Counted from the first letter of the stretch, positions 1 to 11,528 are shown. The stretch: 64,000 nt of DNA from Octopus sinensis (GCF_006345805.1 NC_043008.1:74834001-74898000); one strand, 5' to 3'. Notes: generated by a model not told the origin, from the letters alone. Numbers and translations: made by a program.

Positions 1-1619
1 AACTTAGCTGATGTTTTTTTTTTTTCTTACTGCGGTATTGGCTAAGCCTGTGGAAGCGAGTGAAGGTGAGATATATACCGAGAGAGAGAGACAGAGAGAG
101 ACATAATGACACCGCGCATTGGGAAAAGATGAGGTTTTTAGGCGGCAGAAAGAAGACAGGATTGAGATGAAATGCTTTGTGGTGTGGTGTGAATAAGTTT
201 TTGTGAGTGAAAGTTTTTATGCTTCAGCTAGCATTTGAGACGAAAGACAACGATATGGGAATACAATAATAATAAGGCTTGCAAAAACAATGAAAAGAGG
301 AAACAGGTCGGGGAACTTAGTTGATGTTTTTTTTCTTACTGCGGTATTGGCTAAGCCTGTGGAAGCGAGTGAAGGTGAGATATATACCGAGAGAGAGAGA
401 GAGAGAGACATAGTGACACCGCGCATTGGGAAAAGATGAGGTTTTTAGGCGGCAGAAAGAAGACAGGATTGAGATGAAATGCTTTGTGGTGGTGTGAATA
501 AGTTTTTGTGAGTGAAAGTTTTTATGCTTCAGCTAGCATTTGAGACGAAAGACAACGATATGGGAATACAATAATAATAAGGCTTGCAAAAACAATGAAA
601 AGAGGAAACAGGTCGGGGAACTTAGCTGATGTTTTTTTTTTTTTCTTACTGCGGTATTGGCTAAGCCTGTGGAACCGAGTGAAGGTGAGATATATACCGA
701 GAGAGAGAGAGAGAGAGAGAGACATATTGACACCGCGCATTGGGAAAAGATGAGGTTTTTAGGCGGCAGAAAGAAGACAGGATTGAGATGAAATGCTTTG
801 TGGTGGTGTGAATAAGTTTTTGTGAGTGAAAGTTTTTATGCTTCAGCTAGCATTTGAGACGAAAGACAACGATATGGGAATACAATAATAATAAGGCTTG
901 CAAAAACAATGAAAAGAGGAAACAGGTCGGGGAACTTAGCTGATGTTTTTTTTTTTTCTTACTGCGGTATTGGCTAAGCCTGTGGAAGCGAGTGAAGGTG
1001 AGATATATACCGAGAGAGAGAGACAGAGAGAGACATAATGACACCGCGCATGGGAAAAGATGAGGTTTTTAGGCGGCAGAAAGAAGACAGGATTGAGATG
1101 AAATGCTTTGTGGTGGTGTGAATAAGTTTTTGTGAGTGAAAGTTTTTATGCTTCAGCTAGCATTTGAGACGAAAGACAACGATATGGGAATACAATAATA
1201 ATAAGGCTTGCAAAAACAATGAAAAGAGGAAACAGGTCGGGGAACTTAGTTGATGTTTTTTTTCTTACTGCGGTATTGGCTAAGCCTGTGGAAGCGAGTG
1301 AAGGTGAGATATATACCGAGAGAGAGACAGAGAGAGACATAATGACACCGCGCATTGGGAAAAGATGAGGTTTTTAGGCGGCAGAAAGAAGACAGGATTG
1401 AGATGAAATGCTTTGTGGTGGTGTGAATAAGTTTTTGTGAGTGAAAGTTTTTATGCTTCAGCTAGCATTTGAGACGAAAGACAACGATATGGGAATACAA
1501 TAATAATAAGGCTTCCAAAAACAATGAAAAGAGGAAACAGGTCGGGGAACTTAGTTGATGTTTTTTTTCTTACTGCGGTATTGGCTAAGCCTGTGGAAGC
1601 GAGTGAAGGTGAGATATAT

Positions 1620-1656
<37 letters not shown>

Positions 1657-4600
1657 GTGACACCGCGCATTGGGAAAAGATGAGGTTTTTAGGCGGCAGA
1701 AAGAAGACAGGATTGAGATGAAATGCTTTGTGGTGGTGTGAATAAGTTTTTGTGAGTGAAAGTTTTTATGCTTCAGCTAGCATTTGAGACGAAAGACAAC
1801 GATATGGGAATACAATAATAATAAGGCTTGCAAAAACAATGAAAAGAGGAAACAGGTCGGGGAACTTAGCTGATGTTTTTTTTTTTTTTCTTACTGCGGT
1901 ATTGGCTAAGCCTGTGGAAGCGAGTGAAGGTGAGATATATACCGAGAGAGAGAGAGAGAGAGAGACATAGTGACACCGCGCATTGGGAAAAGATGAGGTT
2001 TTTAGGCGGCAGTAAGAAGACAGGATTGAGATGAAATGCTTTGTGGTGGTGTGAATAAGTTTTTGTGAGTGAAAGTTTTTATGCTTCAGCTAGCATTTGA
2101 GACGAAAGACAACGATATGGGAATACAATAATAATAAGGCTTGCAAAAACAATGAAAAGAGGAAACAGGTCGGGGAACTTAGCTGATGTTTTTTTTTTTT
2201 CTTACTGCGGTATTGGCTAAGCCTGTGGAACCGAGTGAAGGTGAGATATATACCGAGAGAGAGAGAGAGAGAGAGAGACATAGTGACACCGCGCATTGGG
2301 AAAAGATGAGGTTTTTAGGCGGCAAAAAGAAGACAGGATTGAGATGAAATGCTTTGTGGTGGTGTGAATAAGTTTTTGTGAGTGAAAGTTTTTATGCTTC
2401 AGCTAGCATTTGAGACGAAAGACAACGATATGGGAATACAATAATAATAAGGCTTGCAAAAACAATAAAAGAGAAACAGGTCGGGGAACTTAGCTGATGT
2501 TTTTTTTTCTTACTGCGGTATTGGCTAAGCCTGTGGAAGCGAGTGAAGGTGAGATATATACCGGAGAGAGAGAGAGAGAGACATAGTGACAAACCGCGCA
2601 TTGGGAAAAGATGAGGTTTTTGGCGGCAGAAAGAAGACAGGATTGAGATGAAATGCTTTGTGGTGGTGTGAATAAGTTTTTGTGAGTGAAAGTTTTTATG
2701 CTTCAGCTAGCATTTGAGACGAAAGACAACGATATGGGAATACAATAATAATAAGGCTTGCAAAAACAATGAAAGAGGAAACAGGTCGGGGAACTTAGCT
2801 GATGTTTTTTTTTTTTTTCTTACTGCGGTATTGGCTAAGCCTGTGGAAGCGAGTGAAGGTGAAGATATATACCGAGAGAGAGAGAGAGAGAGACATAGTG
2901 ACACCGCGCATTGGGAAAAGATGAGTTTTTTAGGCGGCAGAAAAAGACAGGATTGAGATGAAATGCTTTGTGGTGGTGTGAATAAGTTTTTGTGAGTGAA
3001 AGTTTTTATGCTTCAGCTAGCATTTGAGACGAAAGACAACGATATGGGAAACAATAATAATAAGGCTTGCAAAAACAATGAAAAAGGAAACAGGTCGGGG
3101 AACTTAGCTGATGTTTTTTTTTTTTTTCTTACTGCGGTTTGGCTAAGCCTGTGGAAGCGAGTGAAGGTGAGATATATACCGGAGAGAGAGAGAGAAGAGA
3201 CATAGTGACACCGCGCATTGGGAAGAGATGAGGTTTTTAGGCGGCAGAAAGAATACAGGATTGAGATGAAATGCTTTGTGGTGGTGTGAATAAGTTTTTG
3301 TGAGTGAAAGTTTTTATGCTTCAGCTAGCATTTGAGACGAAAGACAACGATATGGGAATACAATAATAATAAGGCTTGCAAAAACAATGAAAAGAGGAAA
3401 CAGGTCGGGGGACTTAGCTGATGTTTTTTTTTCTTACTGCGGTATTGGCTAAGCCTGTGGAAGCGAGTGAAGGTGAGATATATACCGAGAGAGAGAGAGA
3501 GAGAGAGACATAGTGACACTGCGCATTGGGAAAATGAGGTTTTTAGGCGGCAGAAAGAAGACAGGATTGAGATGAAATGCTTTGTGGTGGTGTGAATAGT
3601 TTTTTGTGAGTGAAAGTTTTTATGCTTCAGCTAGCATTTGAGACGAAAGACAACGATATGGGAATACAATAATAATAAGGCTTGCAAAAACAATGAAGAG
3701 GAAACAGGTCGGGGAACTTAGTTGATGTTTTTTTTCTACTGCGGTATTGGCTAAGCCTGTGGAAGCGAGTGAAGGTGAGATATATACCGAGAGAGAGAGA
3801 GAAGAGAGAGACATAGTGACACCGCGCATTGGGAAAAGATGAGGTTTTTAGGCGGCAGAAAGAAGACAGGATTGAGATGAAATGCTTTGTGGTGGTGTGA
3901 ATAAGTTTTTGTGAGTGAAAGTTTTTATGCTTCAGCTAGCATTTGAGACGAAAGACAACGATATGGGAATACAATAATAATAAGGCTTGTAAAAACAATG
4001 AAAAGAGGAAACAGGTCGGGGAACTTAGCTGATGTTTTTTTTTTTTTTTCTTACTGCGGTATTGGCTAAGCCTGTGGAAGCGAGTGAAGGTGAGATATAT
4101 ACCGAGAGAGAGAGGAGAGAGAGACATAGTGACACCGCGCATTGGGAAAAGATGAGGTTTTTAGGCGGCAGAAAGAAGACAGGATTGAGATGAAATGCTT
4201 TGTGGTGGTGTGAATAAGTTTTTGTGAGTGAAAGTTTTTATGCTTCAGCTAGCATTTGAGACGAAAGACAACGATATGGGAATACAATAATAATAAGGCT
4301 TGCAAAAACAATGAAAAGAGGAAACAGGTCGGGGAACTTAGCTGATGTTTTTTTTTTTTTCTTACTGCGGTATTGGCTAAGCCTGTGGAAGCGAGTGAAG
4401 GTGAGATATATACCGAGAGAGAGAGAGAGAGAGACATAGTGACACCGCGCATTGGGAAAAGATGAGGTTTTTAGGCGGCAGAAAGAAGACAGGATTGAGA
4501 TGAAATGCTTTGTGGTGGTGTGAATAAGTTTTTGTGAGTGAAAGTTTTTATGCTTCAGCTAGCATTTGAGACGAAAGACAACGATATGGGAATACAATAA

Positions 4601-5392
4601 TAATAAGGCTTGCAAAAACAATGAAAAGAGGAAACAGGTCGGGGGACTTAGCTGATGTTTTTTTTTCTTACTGCGGTATTGGCTAAGCCTGTGGAAGTGA
4701 GTGAAGGTGAGATATATACCGAGAGAGAGAGAGAGAGAGAGACATAGTGACACTGCGCATTGGGAAAAGATGAGGTTTTTAGGCGGCAGAAAGAAGACAG
4801 GATTGAGATGAAATGCTTTGTGGTGGTGTGAATAAGTTTTTGTGAGTGAAAGTTTTTATGCTTCAGCTAGCATTTGAGACGAAAGACAACGATATGGGAA
4901 TACAATAATAATAAGGCTTGCAAAAACAATGAAAAGAGGAAACAGGTCGGGGAACTTAGTTGATGTTTTTTTTCTTACTGCGGTATTGGCTAAGCCTGTG
5001 GAAGCGAGTGAAGGTGAGATATATACCGAGAGAGAGAGAGAGAGAGAGACATAGTGACACCGCGCATTGGGAAAAGATGAGGTTTTTAGGCGGCAGAAAG
5101 AAGACAGGATTGAGATGAAATGCTTTGTGGTGGTGTGAATAAGTTTTTGTGAGTGAAAGTTTTTATGCTTCAGCTAGCATTTGAGACGAAAGACAACGAT
5201 ATGGGAATACAATAATAATAAGGCTTGCAAAAACAATGAAAAGAGGAAACAGGTCGGGGGACTTAGCTGATGTTTTTTTTTCTTACTGCGGTATTGGCTA
5301 AGCCTGTGGAAGCGAGTGAAGGTGAGATATATACCGAGAGAGAGAGAGAGAGAGACATAGTGACACCGCGCATTGGGAAAAGATGAGGTTTT
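1..5392. repeat. Tandem satellite array, ~309-bp unit, 17 complete units plus a partial one; continues beyond the left edge
   Basis: The anchor (A/G)ACTTAG(C/T)TGATG recurs at 1, 314, 619, 933, 1243, 1548, 1863, 2176, 2487, 2792, 3101, 3411, 3715, 4022, 4335, 4645, 4953 and 5260. Length variation lies almost entirely in a T-run and a (GA)n run. The array ends abruptly at GATGAGGTTTT followed by (TA)n. Confidence 0.98.
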
Positions 5393-5410
5393 ATATATAT
5401 ATATATATAT

Positions 5411-5827
5411 TCTTTTATTCCTCTCTTTTATTTGTTTCAGTCATTTGACTGTGGCCATGCTGGAGTTCTGCCTTTAGTTGAACAAATCGACCCCAGGACT
5501 TATTCTTTGTAACTCTAGTTCTTATTCTATCAGTGTCTTTTGCCGAACCGCTAAGTTACGGGGACGTAAACACACCAACGTCAGTTGTCAAGTGATGGTG
5601 GGGGGATTAACACTGATACACACACACACACACACACACACACAAGCACATACATATATGATGGGTTTATTTCAGTTTCCGTCTACCAAATCCACTTACA
5701 AGGCTTTGGTTGACCCCCGAGGCTCTAGTAGAAGACACTTGCCCAAGTTGCCACACAGTGGGACTGAACCTGGAACCATGTGGTTGGTAAGCAAGCTACT
5801 TACCACACAGCCACTCCTGCACCTATA
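5411..5827 (-). mobile_element. tRNA-derived SINE, family A, near full length
   Basis: The minus strand starts with an A-box-like TGGCTGTGTGG and a B-box-like GGTTCAGTCCC. It has the central TTGGGCAAGTGTCTTCTAC, an internal (TG)n and the tail CAGTCAAATGACTGAAAC, shared with the copies at 33018 and 62506. Confidence 0.9.
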
Positions 5828-5857
5828 CACACACACATTGGTGTAAATGGGGCTCAG

Positions 5858-5980
5858 TAGGCATAGGTGTAGTTGTGTGGTAAGAAATTTGCTTTCCAGT
5901 CACATAGTTGCAGGTTCAGTCCCCTTGTGTCACCTCTTGAGAAAGTATTCTCTATTAATGCCCCAGGCTGATCAAAACAT
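5858..5980 (+). mobile_element. SINE family A, diverged 5' fragment
   Basis: TAGGCATAGGTGTAGTTGTGTGGTAAG...GGTTCAGTCCC head, head-to-head with the previous copy. Confidence 0.75.
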
Positions 5981-6544
5981 TCATAACCCCCACTCCCCAT
6001 TTAGCCACCAAATTGTCTCTCTACTTCCTCCACCAGTGATTCCTGCAACATACTCAACCACATGTCATCTCTCATCCTTCTCTTGTCATCATTACTTTTC
6101 TGCTGCTTCCCCATTTCTTTTTCTGCACTGTCAGTTACATCTTACACCCCACTACTTCCCCAACTCATGCATCATTGGTCATCCTCCACCCCTTATCCAC
6201 CATTTACTATATCTATCCTTCAATACTACCCAATCTTTATTCCCATCAATCACTCTCCCATACACTCTTACAGTCTTTGCACACATCCTTGGCTTCTCTG
6301 TCCCATTCACTTCTAGTTGCCTTGTACCTTGAGGATCCACCCAGACACATCATCACCACTATTTTTATTTCTTTCTAGCAACACCTGACCCCGCCCCATT
6401 TTAAAACTTGAGTAGTCATGTATCTCTTGTAAAGTAAGGAACCTGTTCTGCTCTAGTTTCTTCTCTCACACTTCATTCCCCCCACCATCTCCTTGTGAAA
6501 AGCCACTCATATAACATTCATAGTCTTGCAAGCTGTATGACAAT

Positions 6545-6739
6545 CTCACTAGCACTGGTAGCATGATAAAAGCACCCAGCACACATTGTAAAGTGTTTGG
6601 TATTAAGAAGGGCAACCAGCTATAGAAACCATGCCTGAGTAGACACTGGAGCATGATGTAGTTCTTGAACCCATCAGATCTTGTTAACCCATCCAGCTCA
6701 TGCCAGCATGAAATCTAGATGTTAAATGATGATGATGAT
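6545..6739 (+). mobile_element. Short element sharing the RTE LINE 3' tail, diverged
   Basis: AAGAAGGGCAACCAGCTATAGAAAC...CATGCCAGCATG...GTTAAATGATGATGATGAT matches the 3' end of the LINE at 38640-38807. Confidence 0.75.
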
Positions 6740-7257
6740 TGGATTTTTCTTAGTTCTTGCCTACAAAATCCACTCATAAGGCTTTGGGTTGCTCATGGCA
6801 ATAGTAGAAGACATTTGCACAAGGTACAATGTATACACACACACACATGTATCTTTTGATTCACCAGAAGCAATAAATTACAGGACTCAATACAAATGTA
6901 GAATAATTTTTAATACATTATAAACTGAAAGGCACCAATTTCCAGTTGCTCATTTCTGATCATCAGCTGCTAAACTGAGCCTGGTTTTCTTTTGAATATC
7001 TCCTGTCAAAATGTTCTTTGAAATATGAAATAAAAGGTTGAAGGAAACACTTATCCTTATGTTCTTTCATTCAAAACCCTTCTGTCAATTCCAAAATCAT
7101 TCTGATATCCATGGACAAATGAAGAGGTTGCCTCTGTCTCCCAGTCCCATCTTACTTTGTGTAACATACACTCACTCACATACATACATATAAATACGTA
7201 TATATACATACGTATGTATGTATGTTTTGTTTTGTTTGTTTATTCTTTATAATGTAG

Positions 7258-7391
7258 AAAGTATATTTTTATGTGAAAAAAAGAATAGGCCTAAGAATTT
7301 ACCAAAAAGGAATTTCTTCAATGAATCAAACTCCACAATCAATGTAACATTACTGTCAAATCTTAGCAACTTCTCTGTGAATATAAGCAAG
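7258..7391 (+). other. Candidate coding exon (Asn-rich, six N-glycosylation sequons)
   Basis: T-rich tract + TAG acceptor and AAG|GT donor; open frame ESIFLCEKKNRPKNLPKRNFFNESNSTINVTLLSNLSNFSVNISK. No homology recognised, and a competing antisense exon is possible. Confidence 0.22.
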
Positions 7392-9150
7392 GTGTTTCTT
7401 TCATTATATATTTTTTTTTGTTTGTTTTGTTTTGTTCATTTTTGGCTATTTATTTTCTTTTGCAAGCTTAACACTCATTCAGTGTCTGTGTGTTTCTCTC
7501 ATGTGTGTGCTTGTGGTAGATACAATATATGCATAGGTGATTGTCTGAGCATGTGGGATAGATATGATATACACATGTGTGTTTGTGTGTGTGTGTGATG
7601 TACACCTCATGGTTGTTTGGTTCCTGTGGGAGCCAAGTTTTAGCATTTCTCTATCAGCAAGTAGTTTGACCAGTTCTATTAAGTTACCTAAGGGAAATTC
7701 AATTTACTCTTTGCTAATAAATGTGGTGATAAGCTGTTTCTGCTGCTCCGAAACTTGCTTCCACGATGGAAGCTGTCAATTTATTTATTTTCCTCCTTAT
7801 TGGCTTTTCTTCAACACAACAACATTTACTACAAAATTGATTTTCACAAAATTTATCAACCTGACATCCCTCCCTCTCTCTCTCTACACACACACACACT
7901 TTGTTTTTGTTTTTTTATATTCTCTGATATTGTTTTTTTTTTCTTTCTCTTTTTATATCTGCCATTTATTTCTTCATTTTATTACATTTTCCTTTTTTGG
8001 TGACGATAATCATGTCCACTCTCTCCCTCTCTCTCTCTCTCTGTCACTCTCTTTTTCTCACCAAAATTTACTTAGGTATCAGTTCTTAAACAGATTCCTG
8101 CCTCATTGTTGCAAGGCAGTATCTCTTCAAATTAACATAATGGAACATATTTGTCCTCTATTACCTAGGAATTCTATCACCGTGAACTTTGACACTCACT
8201 AAATAAATGGACTTTCCTTCTGTCTGTGTCCATGTGTGTGTGTGTATGTATGTGTGTGTGCATGTGTGTGTATATATATATTTATGTATGTGTGTATATA
8301 TATATATTTATATGTGTGTGTATGCATATACACACCTATTACAAACATAGCATACACAGTTCTTTTATTTCTTTATTTTCTCTACCTGTAATCATCATTA
8401 TTAACACTATAGCAAGTGCACTTCCTTCTTTAACACCGAAATGTGCGTATATGTATATGTATAGTGACATGTATGTGTGTGTGTATATATATGTGTATGT
8501 GAATGAGTATGCAGTTTGTATATGTGTATGTGCTTATATATCTGTAGATTTTTCTGTATATATATATGTATAAACCCTATGCTAATATTGATATTACACC
8601 AAGGTATGGACATAGTTGTGTTAATAAGACTATTATATTCTCTGACCTGTGTGACCTACAGGTGAAAGATCATCTAAGCTCTACATTTACCCAAACTATA
8701 TTGCTTTTCTTTGATGCCATTAGGATAAAGTGAAAAAAAAAAAGAAGAATGAACAACAGTTCCTTCTTTTAAAGATGGAACAAAACATTTGAAGCTGTTG
8801 TGTCTCTTTCTCAGAACCAAACTGAAGGAAATGATCAGAGCTAAGATAATTAGAAATTTACCAATTCTGTGTGATCCCTATCAAGTAAAGGTTCAAGGTG
8901 ACAGTGATATATTTTTCCAGTATGGTTTTGTGTTCCTTTACTCCCACATTTTCCAATGTTAGACATATCCAGCAGTGAGATGCAATATCTGTTCTGCAAA
9001 ATCCTAGTTGTTAAGCAAATAAACTATTCATTGTCCTGATGAATATTCTTTGACTGGTCTTTCACTCTGGAATTTGCCTATACTGGAGCATCATTTAGAT
9101 GTGTTTCAGCATGTTATTGTTTTATCAAATTCACTAAGTTATGCAGTTTG

Positions 9151-9875
9151 CTTGCACACACACACACACTCATGCAGACGCAACTCCAGCCCATGCACAA
9201 ACATGTACCCAAGTAATTATATGATGGGCTTCCTCACAGTTTCCACTTGCCAAATTCCACTCACAAGATATTAGTCATATTGGTCAACCTTAGGCTATGG
9301 CATACCCTTGCCTAATGTGTCCCAGAGTGGGATTAATATTGGAACTTATTTGCTTGTGGAGTAAACTTATTATACTTGCATCTACATTGAACAAATGTGT
9401 TTGTGCATCTCTCTTTCTCTCTCTCTCTCTCTTTCTATGTATATATATATATATTATTTTTTGTTTTCCATGCTGGCATGGGTTGAATTGTTTGAGCAGA
9501 GCTGGCAAGCTGGAGAGTTGCACCAAGTTCCAGTCTGATTTAGGCTGGTTTCTACAACTGATTGCCCTTCCTAATGCCAACCACTTTACAGTGTGTGCTG
9601 TGTGTCTTTAACATGGCCTTGTACAAATGCTTTTACATGGCACTAGTACAAGTGTTTTTTAGCTGGCACTGACACAGACTCTTGCAGGCCTGTATATATT
9701 ATATGTAAGGGACACATTGTGCAAGGGTATTCTATAGCCTGAGGTTGACCAATATAATTAATATCTTGTGAGTGGAATTTGGCAAGAGGAAACTGTATGG
9801 AAGCCCATCATATAATTACTTGTGTACATGTTTGTGTATGGAGTAGAGTTGTGTCTGTGCGTGTGTGTGTGTGCA
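9151..9875. repeat. Inverted duplication: arms 9151-9325 and 9708-9875, each including a SINE A fragment
   Basis: The two arms are reverse complements and share non-SINE flank (CACAAACATGTAC.CAAGTAATTATATGATGGG). The ORF track gives matching peptides on opposite strands (...SNYMMGF...CQIPLTRY). Confidence 0.85.
9455..9690 (-). mobile_element. RTE-tail short element, diverged
   Basis: TTCCATGCTGGCATGGGTTG...TGCCCTTCCTAATGCCAACCAC is the reverse complement of the RTE tail. Confidence 0.75.
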
Positions 9876-10739
9876 GCCTTTTCAATAGTTGTCAACTCTA
9901 TTGAAAAGGTTGCAAGACGCAACGAAAATTTTAGAAAAATAAATAAGTAAATGAGTGGCAATTTTACTGGTGAGTGTGTTAAATTATGAGGCACTAAAAG
10001 AGAATGACTCTCCCCAGACACAAGAGTATATGTATACAAATAATTAGAAAATGGAGAAGAATGTAGATTAACCAGCACATTGATTGGACCACATTTAAAG
10101 CTTGTTTATTGATACAAAGCAAGACATAACAGACCTAACAGCTGTTTCTGAATAGATTCCCTGAATGCAGTCTATACATAAATGTGAGAATAAAATTCTT
10201 CATCTTCATAGGGCATTCGAATTAAAGCAAGTGATCTTCATCAGAGTAAAAAATTAAGACCATACAATATAAGCAAAAGGAAGAAGGATGAGATAAGAAA
10301 ACATGGTTTAGACAAATATGTTAAGTGCACATAATTATTTACCATCCGAGCTCAAAGAACATAGATGAGAAAGGGAGCTATTAAAGGACTATGGAATACT
10401 ACAAGTTATTAACAGGAGGGTGCAGTTAGGAGGGCGGGTCCAGAGTGTTAAAGAAAGAAGCAATCCAGAAGCTCTATGTAAAGAAAATGCTAACATAATT
10501 ATCAAAGGTCAAAACTATGTTAATGGAATATTAGTTTATATATGTGTGTATATATATATATATATGTGTGTGTGTATATGTATATATGTTTATATATGTG
10601 TGTATATATATATATGTGTGTGTGTGTATATGTATATATGTTTATATATGTGTGTATATATATATATGTGTGTGTGTGTATGTGTATATATGTATATATG
10701 TGTGTTTGTGTGTATGTGGATATATATGTATATATGTTT

Positions 10740-10945
10740 GACTGCGTGTGTATCGTTGGCGATTTTCTTTCTCTATCTTCCCTTCCTTGGACCTTTCCTT
10801 TTTCTATGTTTCTGATGAAGAGCTCTGCTTGAAACGTTAAATCCTCCTCCTTCTTTCTTTCCTTTCCTGAGCGTCAAATAACACTATACTTGTTCCACGT
10901 CCTCGCCTTGATGTGTTTTCTCTTTGTTCATGTTTGGATTAACTA
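10740..10945 (+). mobile_element. Penelope-like terminal-repeat (pLTR-like) element
   Basis: Short repeat between TA/TG microsatellites carrying a minimal hammerhead motif. The Penelope assignment is inferred from the established PLE-hammerhead association. Confidence 0.5.
10808..10842 (+). ncRNA. Minimal type I hammerhead ribozyme candidate
   Basis: GTTT-CTGATGA-A-GAGC-TCT-GCTT-GAAA-C-GTT-AAAT: both core boxes, stem II, palindromic ACGT stem III, GUU cleavage triplet and a short stem I. Confidence 0.6.
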
Positions 10946-10951
10946 TATATA

Positions 10952-10982
<31 letters not shown>

Positions 10983-11279
10983 GTGCATGCATGCATACAT
11001 GCAAATTAGTATTATGTGATTACTACTACTTTGTTTCTAGAAGCTGACTAACAAGGCAGGTTCTAATGTTTAATTTACAAAAACAGTAACTGTCTCAGCC
11101 TTTTCTTTGTTTAATGTAATCTGGCTGTGTTGTTTAACTCTGAGTCATATCTATGATGTAAACTAATGTTGCTTTAAATATTTCAACTTAGAATGAAACA
11201 TTTATTATATAAGCCTTGGGTTAGCTGGATTTCAGTGTGACATATTCAACAAATGTGTGTCCAAATTCTTCCATATGTA

Positions 11280-11528
11280 CTGTACTGATGGACTAAACCC
11301 CAAATATTGTGGTTGTCAAGTGACCTTCTTGACTTCATGGTTATAGCTGCCTGAGTATGTCTATAAAATAATTTGAAATAATGTGTTAGTAAAGTAACTA
11401 ATAGTTTGTAATTTGTTGGTGTTTGGTACGTCACTTAATTGTTCCACTGAAATCTTGCATTATTTTTCATAAACCTGAATATGATCAAAGTTTTGGATTG
11501 ACAGGTGATATAGGATTAGGATTTAAAT
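11280..11528 (+). repeat. Copy 1 of a near-identical direct duplication (partner 15443-15717)
   Basis: Base-by-base identical to 15443-15717 except that it lacks 26 bp. Confidence 0.95.

Noticed and set aside
2450-3950. Cluster of private 1-2 bp indels in array units 9-13
   Set aside because: Mostly in homopolymers and each unique to one unit; more likely long-read consensus error than biology.
217-4753. Repeated 64-72 aa ORFs in the tandem array
   Set aside because: They begin at non-ATG codons that the track renders as M, cross slippage tracts that shift frame from unit to unit, and have no recognisable domain.
1-5392. Array as CRISPR, tRNA, 5S or U-snRNA cluster
   Set aside because: No unique spacers, no B-box or cloverleaf, and no match to the conserved 5S or U1/U2/U4/U5/U6 sequences I know.
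5983-6360. C/T-rich strand-skewed block (similar one at 17550-18270)
   Set aside because: Probably very old LINE debris, but no motif was clear enough to support a call.
7606-7772. Minus-strand frame LPSWKQVSEQQKQLITTFISKE*IEFPLGNLIELVKLLADREM resembling a kinase C-lobe
   Set aside because: In-frame TAA, the 20-nt gap is too short for an intron, and the conserved Arg of subdomain XI is absent.
11283-11346. NPKYCGCQVTFLTSWL, matching LRR C-terminal cap spacing (also in the 15443 copy)
   Set aside because: Immediately followed by TAG, with no preceding LRR and no usable splice sites; treated as chance.
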